NCBI GenBank assembly: GCA_000146045.2
Contig: BK006949.2
Coordinates: forward strand, 884,067 to 948,066
Source of the DNA: TPA_inf: Saccharomyces
Lineage: Eukaryota
Direction: 5' to 3'
DNA: 64,000 nt
Positions 1-9,730 of this stretch are shown piece after piece. The position numbers and the translations under genes were made by a program. How positions within the stretch are numbered: the first letter of the stretch is position 1; every line of letters begins with the position of its first letter. The notes below the pieces were generated by a model that searched no databases, had not been told where the DNA came from, and worked only from the letters and a program-made list of their open reading frames with translations.

Positions 1-1
1 A

Positions 2-1492
2 AAGAAGACTCATTACTCATTAAGTGAGCTGAATCTCGAACGAATAACGCCAAGGCCGGATTTGGAGGGAAGTGCCTCTCAAAAAGAAAAAAAATTTTTA
101 ATTTCTGAAGAAGATTATTTATTATTGCAGAAATTGAAAGCCTCTCAAACATATAATGATTCCAATGCTGACAAAAATTTGCCTTCCTTTGAAAAAGGTC
201 CTCGTATGCCCAGTCGGGGTCGACCCAGACCGAGAGAGAAGGAAATAATCACCATCCAATATGATTTTGAATTACCAGGAAGAGCCGATATACCCTCCTC
301 CTCCTCTTCTTCATCACCACCGCCTTTGCCCACAAGGCGTGATCATATCAAAATCACAGATGGGAATGAAGAGAAACCGCTTCTTCCAACAAGGCCTAAC
401 AAAGCAGAAGTTACAGAAAGTCCGTCATCAAGGTCAATAAAACCGGATGCTGTGGTACCTGAGCGCGTTAAGCCTGCTCCACCTGTCTCACGCTCTACAA
501 AACCGGCGAGCTTTTTAAGTTCTTTGGAAGATAACAAATTGACAAAGGCGAAGAGTTATAATTCGGAAATGGAAACTCCCAAAACAACTGTAAAAAGTTC
601 TCATATCGATTACTTGGATTCCATACAACTAAAACCAACCACCTTATCTCCTACAATGAAAAATAAACCTAAACCAACCCCTCCTTCTCCACCTGCGAAA
701 AGAATTCCAAGATCTGAAAGTTTTATCAAGTCTATGCTAAACTCGAATCTCACGACAACTTCCAAGCCTTCTTTGCCTGAAAAACCTCAAAAGCTACGGA
801 ATGCAAATTTGGCCGCCCATAAGACCAAACCAAGCATACCGCCAAAGAAAGTGGAGTTGAATATAGTATTACCTGAGCTACGTCCCGTAGAAACTTCTCC
901 AACAAAGCAGAACTTCGAAAACTCAATCGATTTGCCCAAGTTACGATCCAGCAACCGTAACATTAAAAAAGAAGAGGAGGACAGTATTCCAGAAGCAATA
1001 AAAGGTATACAAAATCTGAAGAAAACCAAACAGCAGAAGCCTGCAATCCCTCAGAAAAAATCATTTCTAACAAATAATTCGAAAAATACTACACTCAAAA
1101 ATGGTGATGATATTAACAAGTTAAATGACGAAATTGAAGCTCTATCATTGCGGAATAACCTGAAGAAACGGCCACCAACGGCGCCACAACGTAAAATTTC
1201 TTTGCCAGAGGCATTGCGAAAAGTCGAATTGATGAAAAAATCTAAAACCGAGCCTGTTTTAGAGTCCTCAAACGAACTGAGCATAAACGCAAAATTAGAC
1301 GCAATAATTGCCTCTAGAAACTTAAGAGCATCTAATACTCTACCAGAACTTAGCGGTGTTAACACTAATATTGCAACTTCTGACAAGTATACTACTTCTA
1401 GAGATGAAACAGTGAAGGAAACTAAACCATTAGTTCACCCGAATAAAAATAGGACTCGTGGTCCCAGAAGAAAACTTCCAACACGCGTGTAA
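2..1492 (+). CDS. BSP1: BSP1 (YPR171W), 3' ~5/6 of the gene; 5' end lies outside the window. Pro/Ser/Lys-rich adapter linking synaptojanins to the cortical actin cytoskeleton
   Basis: Reading frame is open from the first codon at position 2 (KKTHYSLSELNLERITPRPDLEGSASQ...), so the ATG at 62 is internal. Low-complexity S/P/K-rich protein with an SSSSSS run; identified by its position immediately upstream of YPR172W/VPS4 and by recollection of the sequence. Confidence 0.8.
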   Translation, partial: KKTHYSLSELNLERITPRPDLEGSASQKEKKFLISEEDYLLLQKLKASQTYNDSNADKNLPSFEKGPRMPSRGRPRPREKEIITIQYDFELPGRADIPSSSSSSSPPPLPTRRDHIKITDGNEEKPLLPTRPNKAEVTESPSSRSIKPDAVVPERVKPAPPVSRSTKPASFLSSLEDNKLTKAKSYNSEMETPKTTVKSSHIDYLDSIQLKPTTLSPTMKNKPKPTPPSPPAKRIPRSESFIKSMLNSNLTTTSKPSLPEKPQKLRNANLAAHKTKPSIPPKKVELNIVLPELRPVETSPTKQNFENSIDLPKLRSSNRNIKKEEEDSIPEAIKGIQNLKKTKQQKPAIPQKKSFLTNNSKNTTLKNGDDINKLNDEIEALSLRNNLKKRPPTAPQRKISLPEALRKVELMKKSKTEPVLESSNELSINAKLDAIIASRNLRASNTLPELSGVNTNIATSDKYTTSRDETVKETKPLVHPNKNRTRGPRRKLPTRV

Positions 1493-1729
1493 CTACAGAG
1501 TAGACCTCCGTATTTTACACATGTATGTACGTACATATGATGTAACAATAATATGATAATTTAATGGGATACATGTATTATCGTCACTTCCCACGTTTGC
1601 GCTTTGACATTTGCTCCCCTTATGAACCTGAAGGAATATAAATCATCGATCTTTTTGCTACACTTTTCCTCCCTTATTAGAAAATAGCAGTAAAATTACA
1701 GGCTATTCAAACCCTGAAACATCTCAATT

Positions 1730-2332
1730 ATGGCTTGGACTAGTACATTACCAGCGCATCTACTGAACCTGATCAAAAACTCCAAATATGTTCACGTGGC
1801 CACCTGTTCTAAAGACTGCATCCCTTCAGTGGCATTGATGAACTATATCTATGTGCCAGGTGAAAAACTGTTCGGTCAAACAGATAATAAGAATGACTAC
1901 ATTATATTTGTTTCTCCTCAGGACACACAAAAGTTTTACAACATCAAGGAGAACCCTAAGGTCGCCCTGTTGTTTCACGATTGGATCATCGCGAATAATT
2001 TGTCAGTGGGCAAGGAAAGCATCTCTGGGACTCCGACGCCGACTTCTATTCCTCATGAAGAGCAACGTCAAAGCGAGCTTTTAAATTTGTTACAGGAGTT
2101 AAATCAAGCCGAATTGAACCAAATGAGCGCATCTATTGGTGGCGAAACCGAAATTGTCAATCCTGAAAGTGAAGAATCCAAGTACTATAAAGATTTAATA
2201 CTAAAGGCTAATCCTGATGCGAAAGCTTTTATATTTGAAAAGAACACCGCCGTTGTTAAAGTTAGAATTGATAATGCTAGGGTATCCAATAATGAGAACA
2301 GAACAATGTTTCTAAGTAAAGGGAAGAGTTAA
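1730..2332 (+). CDS. YPR172W, 200 aa; pyridoxamine-5'-phosphate-oxidase-like FMN-binding split-barrel protein of unknown function
   Basis: 200-aa ORF exactly matching the known length; conserved position between BSP1 and VPS4. Confidence 0.8.
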   Translation: MAWTSTLPAHLLNLIKNSKYVHVATCSKDCIPSVALMNYIYVPGEKLFGQTDNKNDYIIFVSPQDTQKFYNIKENPKVALLFHDWIIANNLSVGKESISGTPTPTSIPHEEQRQSELLNLLQELNQAELNQMSASIGGETEIVNPESEESKYYKDLILKANPDAKAFIFEKNTAVVKVRIDNARVSNNENRTMFLSKGKS

Positions 2333-2457
2333 CTGTCCTCTGCTTTTCTTTATCTATTTTGCATACGATTCTGTATTTAATTATTCTGTTTTTTTTTTTT
2401 TTTTATTTTTTATTTTCATGTACACAAGAAATCTACATTAGCACGTTAATCAATTGA

Positions 2458-3771
2458 CTAGTTACCTTCTTGACCAAAATCTCTAGTGAACTGTTCTTGC
2501 TTCAGCAAGTCATCCTCATTCACGGTAGGTCTCGTCGATTTGATAGCCTTTAAGAAATCCTTTATGGTGAGATCTGGTTCTTTTAATTCATCAGCTTCAA
2601 TATCCGTCCAACTCATCTCGATGGCGCCATCATCACCTGGAGAGCATGGTGTTAGTTTTCTTGTTTCGTCGTCCTCCGTAGAGACATCTTTGAAATGTGT
2701 CGCGCTTTGAATTTTTCTTATCGGTTGCATTAGCGCATCTTTCACCACTACAGCAATATCACTCCCGGAATAACCTTCAGTCATTGCACCTAAAGTTCTA
2801 TAATCTTCCTTGGTCAATACGCATGGAGTGTCGCCGACGTTAATCTCGAACATGGTGGTTCTTGCCGCCAAATCTGGTAATGGTATATATATTCTTCTTT
2901 CAAATCTTCTCCTGATGGCACTGTCCAGTTGCCATGGGATATTTGTTGCGCCAAGGACCAAAACACCTTGGGAGTCATTCCCAACACCATTCATTTGTAC
3001 CAATAATTCTGTTTTAATTCTTCTACTTGCTTCGCTCTCTCCTTCTCCTCTGGTACCTGTTAGCGCATCCACTTCATCTATAAAAATAATAGAAGGTTTA
3101 TTTTCTCTTGCCATCGCAAATAACTGTTTGACAAGTTTTTCAGATTCACCCATCCACTTAGAAACCAAATCACTGGAACTAACACTGAAAAAGGTAGAAT
3201 TGGCCTCGGTGGCCACTGCTTTTGCCAAATATGATTTACCTGTACCTGGTGGTCCGTACAATAAGATTCCCGAAGTGGGCTTACGGTTACCTTTGAACAA
3301 ATGTGGGAACTTGACAGGTAAAATAACGGCTTCTTTAAGGGCCTCTTTGGCTCCTTCCAGTCCAGCCACGTCTTCCCACTTAACATTGGGCTTCTCAGAC
3401 AAAATAGCACTCGATAAGGCACCTCTTAGCTTTTTGTTGTCTTCTCCACCATTATCCTCACCCTCTTCCTGAGAGATTTTCTTATTACCACCGTTGGAAC
3501 CACTACCAGCGCTAGGAGATTTCTTTGCCGCGTTTGCCTCTTCACTTTCCAAGTGCTTTTTCAACTGCTCTGCACGGTTTAGATACTCTGTAAACTTCGC
3601 TCTTATCAAATCCTTCGACTTAGGGTTTTTCTCGTATTTCAAAGCCAACATCAAATAATCTAATCCGTTATAGTATGCTGTATACGCCTCCTCATACTGC
3701 GTGGCTGTGTCCAGGTCAATGGCCTTTTGAACCAGTTCTATTCCCTTAGTTAAAAAATCTCCCGTGCTCAT
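2458..3771 (-). CDS. VPS4: VPS4 (YPR173C), AAA-ATPase that disassembles ESCRT-III, 437 aa
   Basis: The ORF-track entry (457 aa) has a 20-codon in-frame extension. The true N-terminus [21 protein letters not shown] (MIT domain) begins at 3771. Walker A motif GPPGTGKS, Walker B IIFIDEVD, and an AAA C-terminal helix are present. Confidence 0.92.
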
Positions 3772-3976
3772 TTGTACCCCATCTACTATAGGCACTCTAT
3801 GCTGCTTTATTTTTGTCTTCCATGTCCTCAACCCACGATTAAATCGTTCGATATCATGAAGTTCTTATTTTTTTTTTTTTTTCACCCAGCGGGGGTACCC
3901 GTAAAGCAATACAATAAATATCATCAAGCAAGAATAAATAGATGTACAGAAAGAACAACCATGACGTGTTGTGTTT

Positions 3977-4642
3977 CTATTCAGCGTGCGGAACCGAATC
4001 CTCAGTCGGAGATTCTCTGAGAATGTTCGTTTGAGGAAGCTTAGGATACTTGGCGTAGAAGTTGGGGCCCTTTGGGGGCTGTAGGGAAGAAACTGGTCGT
4101 TGGCGCGACTGGAGTGGCGACATGTGAATCGGACTTGAAGTCACTAACGGGTTTACTGCTCTTACTGGCGAAGGTGGTAAATTTTCTGTCGGTTTGAGGT
4201 TGTCTCGCTCAATATTTTTCATGTCTCGACGAGACTCCAGGTATCTTTGATCGATGTTTGCGTCGTCCAACACCGACTGCAACAGATGACACTTTTCCTT
4301 GACAAATTGTAGTTCCTTTTGTGTAGAGTGCAGCTGCTGCCGCAATTGCGCAAACTTTGCTTGCCATTGTAGAGGCACACAATCCTGAGAATTTTTAGAC
4401 AATGGGACAACGCTTTCTTCTTCCTCATCTGCGGGAGACCCCCATACAAACGCTTGGATCTTGGCAAGAGTCTTAGCAATATTGAATCCAAACGCGTGTT
4501 GTTGAGCCCTCTTTTTGGAGATATTCTTGTAGTTTTTAGAACGTGTCCTTTGTGAAGCGTGTCTAACATGATTTCTTTCGCGAGGCACAACCACCAATTT
4601 GCGCTCTTTTCGTATCCCCAATGTCTTTTCCTGAATTCCCAT
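3977..4642 (-). CDS. YPR174C, 221 aa; nuclear-periphery / spindle-pole-associated protein, NBP1 paralog
   Basis: ORF-track 227 aa. Starting at the second Met (MGIQEKTLGIRKE...) gives the 221 aa I recall for YPR174C. Basic coiled-coil protein. Confidence 0.7.
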   Translation of the reverse strand: MGIQEKTLGIRKERKLVVVPRERNHVRHASQRTRSKNYKNISKKRAQQHAFGFNIAKTLAKIQAFVWGSPADEEEESVVPLSKNSQDCVPLQWQAKFAQLRQQLHSTQKELQFVKEKCHLLQSVLDDANIDQRYLESRRDMKNIERDNLKPTENLPPSPVRAVNPLVTSSPIHMSPLQSRQRPVSSLQPPKGPNFYAKYPKLPQTNILRESPTEDSVPHAE

Positions 4643-4907
4643 TGTGATCTTCAATGCCAACCCAACCTTCTTTTTACTTTGTTGGGTCTAAATTATGTTA
4701 CTTTGTCCATTTCATCTCTTTTCAAGATGGAATCTAAAAGAAGAAAAACGACAAAAGGAACAAAAGTGATGTGACGCGTTATTTTTCGCGTGACATAATA
4801 GAAAAATATTTCAACTGGGCATCTTTAACACATGTTACAATAAAGTTGAGATGACTTGTTTATGCCTTTAAAGTTTGTAAGTGGAACTAGAAGCGTCTAT
4901 GTGTGAA

Positions 4908-6977
4908 ATGTTTGGCTCTGGGAATGTTCTGCCTGTTAAAATTCAGCCTCCGCTGCTTAGGCCACTGGCGTATAGAGTTTTATCAAGAAAATATGGTTTA
5001 TCAATTAAATCTGATGGACTGTCTGCTCTTGCAGAATTCGTTGGCACTAATATAGGTGCTAACTGGAGACAAGGGCCTGCTACAATAAAATTTCTCGAGC
5101 AATTTGCTGCAGTATGGAAACAACAAGAAAGAGGCCTTTTCATCGACCAGAGCGGGGTTAAAGAAGTTATACAGGAGATGAAAGAACGTGAGAAAGTCGA
5201 ATGGAGTCATGAACACCCTATTCAACATGAGGAGAATATCTTGGGACGGACAGATGACGATGAGAACAACAGTGACGATGAAATGCCGATCGCTGCTGAT
5301 TCATCCTTACAAAATGTTTCATTATCTTCACCCATGCGACAGCCCACCGAAAGAGATGAATATAAACAGCCTTTCAAGCCAGAAAGCTCCAAGGCGTTGG
5401 ACTGGAGGGACTACTTCAAAGTTATCAATGCTTCTCAGCAACAAAGATTCTCATACAATCCGCACAAAATGCAATTTATTTTCGTCCCCAATAAAAAGCA
5501 GAATGGGCTAGGAGGCATTGCGGGTTTTCTACCAGATATAGAGGACAAAGTTCAAATGTTCTTGACAAGATATTACCTCACGAACGACAGAGTCATGAGA
5601 AATGAAAACTTCCAAAACAGTGACATGTTTAATCCATTATCATCTATGGTGTCTTTACAAAATGAACTGTCCAATACTAACCGACAGCAGCAATCCAGCA
5701 GTATGAGTATCACCCCAATAAAAAACCTACTAGGTAGGGATGCTCAAAACTTTCTACTATTGGGGCTCTTAAATAAGAACTTTAAGGGCAATTGGTCACT
5801 GGAAGATCCGTCTGGATCTGTCGAAATTGACATTTCCCAAACTATCCCTACACAAGGCCATTACTACGTGCCAGGTTGCATGGTTCTTGTGGAAGGAATA
5901 TACTATTCTGTAGGAAATAAATTCCATGTTACCTCCATGACTTTACCCCCTGGTGAGAGAAGAGAAATTACATTAGAAACGATAGGTAATCTCGATCTCT
6001 TAGGAATACATGGCATTTCTAATAACAATTTCATTGCTCGTTTGGATAAAGATTTGAAGATTAGATTACACCTTTTGGAGAAAGAATTAACAGATCATAA
6101 ATTTGTAATTCTCGGCGCAAATTTGTTCCTAGATGATTTGAAAATTATGACTGCACTCAGCAAAATTTTGCAAAAATTAAATGATGACCCACCGACCCTA
6201 TTAATTTGGCAAGGTTCTTTCACTTCAGTTCCCGTTTTCGCATCAATGAGTAGCCGGAATATAAGTAGTTCCACTCAATTTAAGAATAATTTCGATGCCT
6301 TGGCGACGCTTCTGTCAAGATTTGACAATTTGACCGAAAATACCACAATGATATTTATTCCAGGTCCTAACGATTTATGGGGGTCGATGGTGTCATTGGG
6401 GGCAAGTGGGACATTACCGCAAGATCCAATTCCTAGTGCGTTTACCAAAAAAATCAACAAGGTCTGTAAAAACGTTGTATGGAGCTCAAATCCAACTAGA
6501 ATAGCATACTTATCCCAAGAAATAGTCATTTTCAGGGACGATTTATCCGGAAGATTCAAAAGACACCGTTTGGAATTCCCATTCAACGAGAGCGAAGATG
6601 TTTATACTGAAAACGATAACATGATGTCTAAAGACACCGATATTGTACCAATCGATGAATTAGTTAAAGAACCAGACCAGTTACCACAAAAGGTTCAAGA
6701 AACAAGAAAACTCGTTAAAACAATACTAGACCAGGGTCATTTATCGCCATTTCTTGATTCCTTGCGCCCAATTTCATGGGATTTGGACCACACTTTGACA
6801 CTTTGCCCAATACCATCGACAATGGTTCTTTGCGACACTACTTCTGCACAATTTGATTTGACATACAACGGTTGTAAAGTAATTAACCCTGGAAGTTTCA
6901 TTCATAATAGACGTGCTAGGTATATGGAGTACGTTCCATCCTCAAAGAAAACTATACAAGAAGAGATATATATCTAA
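4908..6977 (+). CDS. DPB2: DPB2 (YPR175W), DNA polymerase epsilon subunit B, 689 aa
   Basis: ORF-track 698 aa. The N-terminus MFGSGNVLPVKIQPPLLRPLAYRVL begins at the Met at codon 10 and gives 689 aa. Pol epsilon B-subunit family with an inactive calcineurin-like phosphoesterase fold. Confidence 0.85.
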   Translation: MFGSGNVLPVKIQPPLLRPLAYRVLSRKYGLSIKSDGLSALAEFVGTNIGANWRQGPATIKFLEQFAAVWKQQERGLFIDQSGVKEVIQEMKEREKVEWSHEHPIQHEENILGRTDDDENNSDDEMPIAADSSLQNVSLSSPMRQPTERDEYKQPFKPESSKALDWRDYFKVINASQQQRFSYNPHKMQFIFVPNKKQNGLGGIAGFLPDIEDKVQMFLTRYYLTNDRVMRNENFQNSDMFNPLSSMVSLQNELSNTNRQQQSSSMSITPIKNLLGRDAQNFLLLGLLNKNFKGNWSLEDPSGSVEIDISQTIPTQGHYYVPGCMVLVEGIYYSVGNKFHVTSMTLPPGERREITLETIGNLDLLGIHGISNNNFIARLDKDLKIRLHLLEKELTDHKFVILGANLFLDDLKIMTALSKILQKLNDDPPTLLIWQGSFTSVPVFASMSSRNISSSTQFKNNFDALATLLSRFDNLTENTTMIFIPGPNDLWGSMVSLGASGTLPQDPIPSAFTKKINKVCKNVVWSSNPTRIAYLSQEIVIFRDDLSGRFKRHRLEFPFNESEDVYTENDNMMSKDTDIVPIDELVKEPDQLPQKVQETRKLVKTILDQGHLSPFLDSLRPISWDLDHTLTLCPIPSTMVLCDTTSAQFDLTYNGCKVINPGSFIHNRRARYMEYVPSSKKTIQEEIYI

Positions 6978-7034
6978 ATAATGCATCAAAATAAGAACAC
7001 TTAAACAAGCACGGTAGTGTTGGTACTCTGCCAT

Positions 7035-8012
7035 CTATTTGTATGGATACTTTTTGAATTTTGATGTAACGGATTTCGGCATACAATATATGGGATCTAT
7101 GGGGACTAAATTGTCGTATCCCATTAAACTTAAACCAGCAACACCAAAAACTGTATGGAAGACATCCACTTCATTTTCAGGCCTGTCGCTTATTCCACCC
7201 TTCTTCTCATCTTGACATTTGAGTATAAACTCAGTTAGCTTCTCATAATTTATCCAATCTAGTCTACCAATAATAGCTAATGAAGATAAAACCCACCAAC
7301 TATAGCAAACATCGGGCAGTTTACTTGGCCTACCGTTTAGTCCACCTTCTGGTAATTGTCGTTCGCAAAGCCACCACCCAATTTCTTCTAGTTGGTCGTC
7401 ACTAAGCATATCCAATTTGTTAGCAATTGCCAAAGCGCCAAGACAGGTAAAAGCTTGAGCTGCATGGGATTCAGCATTAGGACATAATCCAAAGCCACCA
7501 TCAAAATTATAACACTTGAGTACAAAGTCTACAGCAGGGTCAACAACTTCAGACGTTAATTCACCCAAAATTGATAGTGCACTCAAGGCTGTATAAACAA
7601 ACCTTGTATCTACCTCCCCAAACCTGTCACCCTGGAACGAACCATCTTCCAATTGATTCCCACGGATGAAGGAAATCAAGCGAACCTTACGATCTTTTCC
7701 AAGAACATCCAAAGCATCATAAGTGGCCAAGATCTGTACGGCGGACAATGTAGTTAATAAATGTGCATCATGTCTTGGAAATGGTGCGAAAGCGCCGTAT
7801 TTGTCGTCCCAACAGCTCAGAACAAATGATATAACCTCTTCTTTCACAAATGTCTCTGGAGAATCAAGCACACACAAGGCAGTAAGTCCCCAATATATCC
7901 CATTCAAACGAAGATGCTCGGTAAGCCAGTATTCAAAATTATGCTTCTTTGTATCCAATGATTCAATATAACGTATATGCTTTTCCTTAAGTAGCGTAAG
8001 AGATCCTGACAT
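7035..8012 (-). CDS. BET2: BET2 (YPR176C), Rab geranylgeranyltransferase (type II) beta subunit, 325 aa
   Basis: N-terminus MSGSLTLLKEKHIRYIESLD (the ORF-track entry adds MN). Prenyltransferase beta-subunit repeats (GGF/GG-containing repeats, YWGL) run throughout. Confidence 0.9.
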   Translation of the reverse strand: MSGSLTLLKEKHIRYIESLDTKKHNFEYWLTEHLRLNGIYWGLTALCVLDSPETFVKEEVISFVLSCWDDKYGAFAPFPRHDAHLLTTLSAVQILATYDALDVLGKDRKVRLISFIRGNQLEDGSFQGDRFGEVDTRFVYTALSALSILGELTSEVVDPAVDFVLKCYNFDGGFGLCPNAESHAAQAFTCLGALAIANKLDMLSDDQLEEIGWWLCERQLPEGGLNGRPSKLPDVCYSWWVLSSLAIIGRLDWINYEKLTEFILKCQDEKKGGISDRPENEVDVFHTVFGVAGLSLMGYDNLVPIDPIYCMPKSVTSKFKKYPYK

Positions 8013-8265
8013 GTTCACAATTTTCTAGTGGAGAAAACAGAATCATTAGTAACAGTAGTGGTATCTGAAATATATATATACACAGTTTCTTAAATTGTTG
8101 TCTTTACTACTGGTATTACTATCGCTATTACAAGCGAAGTCATTAAGTACGGAAATGTTTAAACGTAGAGAGCTAGTAAAGGAAAGGCTGTTACATGATC
8201 ACTAATCGTAACTTTGCAACGAGCCTGAGGGAAATGACTAGTACTATTACCTTGTTGAACGGAAT

Positions 8266-9663
8266 ATGAGTAAATATATTGCACTTGAAAATCTTCCGGT
8301 AGATTTGCAACATAAAGGAGCTACACAAAATGAAAGCACCGCTGATATACTGAAACAGTTGCCACATGAACGATTACAAGCTGTCCTGGAGAAGATACCA
8401 GAAGAAGATCTTGAGGTGAGACGATTGCTTTCAATTTTAAAGAAGCCGGAAGTAGTGGAGAATGAAGATGTACAACAAAGAAGAATACGGTTGGCTGAAA
8501 TTTTAATGGTTGATGAAATTGATCTTGAGAACATTAATAACATGGAAAACATAAATGGGGAAGAAGTAGACGAAGAGGACGATGAGGACTTCTTCACTCC
8601 AGCAACATCTGAGCTCATTTTTGCGAGAAGATTTTTGATAAATTATTCACTTGAAAGATCTCGAAAGAGGCTACAGAAAGAGATGGAAAGACATCAAAAG
8701 TTCAATACAAGACAGGAATTACTCAGTCGGCGTACAGAATTACAGCGTATGGCTAATTTAGAGCTTGCTGGCTCTCAATTAGTATCTACGAAGCCTATTT
8801 CCGCAGTTTCTTTATCTACCGATGACATGGTTGTCGCAACGGGAAGCTGGGCAGGTGATCTTCAGGTATTAAATTCTCAAACACTGCAGCCATTGACACA
8901 AAAACTCGACTCTCATGTAGGGAAAATCGGAGCTATAGATTGGCATCCTGATTCAAACAATCAAATGATTTCATGCGCAGAAGACGGGCTCATCAAAAAC
9001 TTTCAATACTCAAACGAAGAGGGCGGCCTTCGATTATTGGGAGATCTTGTGGGACATGAAAGACGTATTTCTGATGTGAAATACCACCCTAGTGGCAAAT
9101 TTATAGGTAGTGCCTCTCATGATATGACTTGGAGACTTTGGGATGCGTCAACACATCAAGAACTGCTGCTACAAGAAGGCCATGATAAGGGAGTGTTTAG
9201 TCTGTCTTTTCAATGCGATGGATCTCTTGTTTGTAGCGGTGGCATGGACTCGCTTTCAATGCTATGGGATATAAGATCCGGAAGTAAGGTGATGACACTC
9301 GCAGGACACTCAAAGCCTATTTACACCGTAGCTTGGTCACCAAACGGGTATCAAGTAGCCACTGGTGGTGGTGATGGAATCATTAATGTTTGGGACATCA
9401 GAAAACGGGATGAAGGCCAACTAAATCAAATATTGGCGCATCGTAACATCGTTACGCAGGTAAGGTTTTCAAAGGAAGACGGCGGAAAGAAACTTGTCTC
9501 TTGTGGCTATGATAATTTGATCAATGTGTATAGTAGTGATACGTGGTTAAAAATGGGAAGTTTAGCAGGCCACACTGATAAAATTATTAGCTTGGATATT
9601 TCGAATAATTCTCATTTTTTAGTGAGCGGCGGATGGGATAGGTCTATCAAGCTCTGGAATTGA
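8266..9663 (+). CDS. PRP4: PRP4 (YPR178W), U4/U6 snRNP WD40 splicing factor, 465 aa
   Basis: 465-aa ORF with an acidic N-terminal region and several C-terminal WD repeats (…LWD, …MLWD, …VWD, …KLWN at the end). Confidence 0.9.
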   Translation: MSKYIALENLPVDLQHKGATQNESTADILKQLPHERLQAVLEKIPEEDLEVRRLLSILKKPEVVENEDVQQRRIRLAEILMVDEIDLENINNMENINGEEVDEEDDEDFFTPATSELIFARRFLINYSLERSRKRLQKEMERHQKFNTRQELLSRRTELQRMANLELAGSQLVSTKPISAVSLSTDDMVVATGSWAGDLQVLNSQTLQPLTQKLDSHVGKIGAIDWHPDSNNQMISCAEDGLIKNFQYSNEEGGLRLLGDLVGHERRISDVKYHPSGKFIGSASHDMTWRLWDASTHQELLLQEGHDKGVFSLSFQCDGSLVCSGGMDSLSMLWDIRSGSKVMTLAGHSKPIYTVAWSPNGYQVATGGGDGIINVWDIRKRDEGQLNQILAHRNIVTQVRFSKEDGGKKLVSCGYDNLINVYSSDTWLKMGSLAGHTDKIISLDISNNSHFLVSGGWDRSIKLWN

Positions 9664-9730
9664 TTGTGTAAAGAAATGTATTTAGTATTTTTGAAACTAA
9701 CGTTTTATTAACACTGCATTATTTATTTAA

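Noticed and set aside
8247-8618. 123-aa minus-strand ORF overlapping the 5' end of PRP4 (position of dubious ORF YPR177C)
   Set aside because: It is completely antisense to a conserved essential gene, its sequence is Ser-rich low-complexity, and it has no domain. It is almost certainly non-coding.
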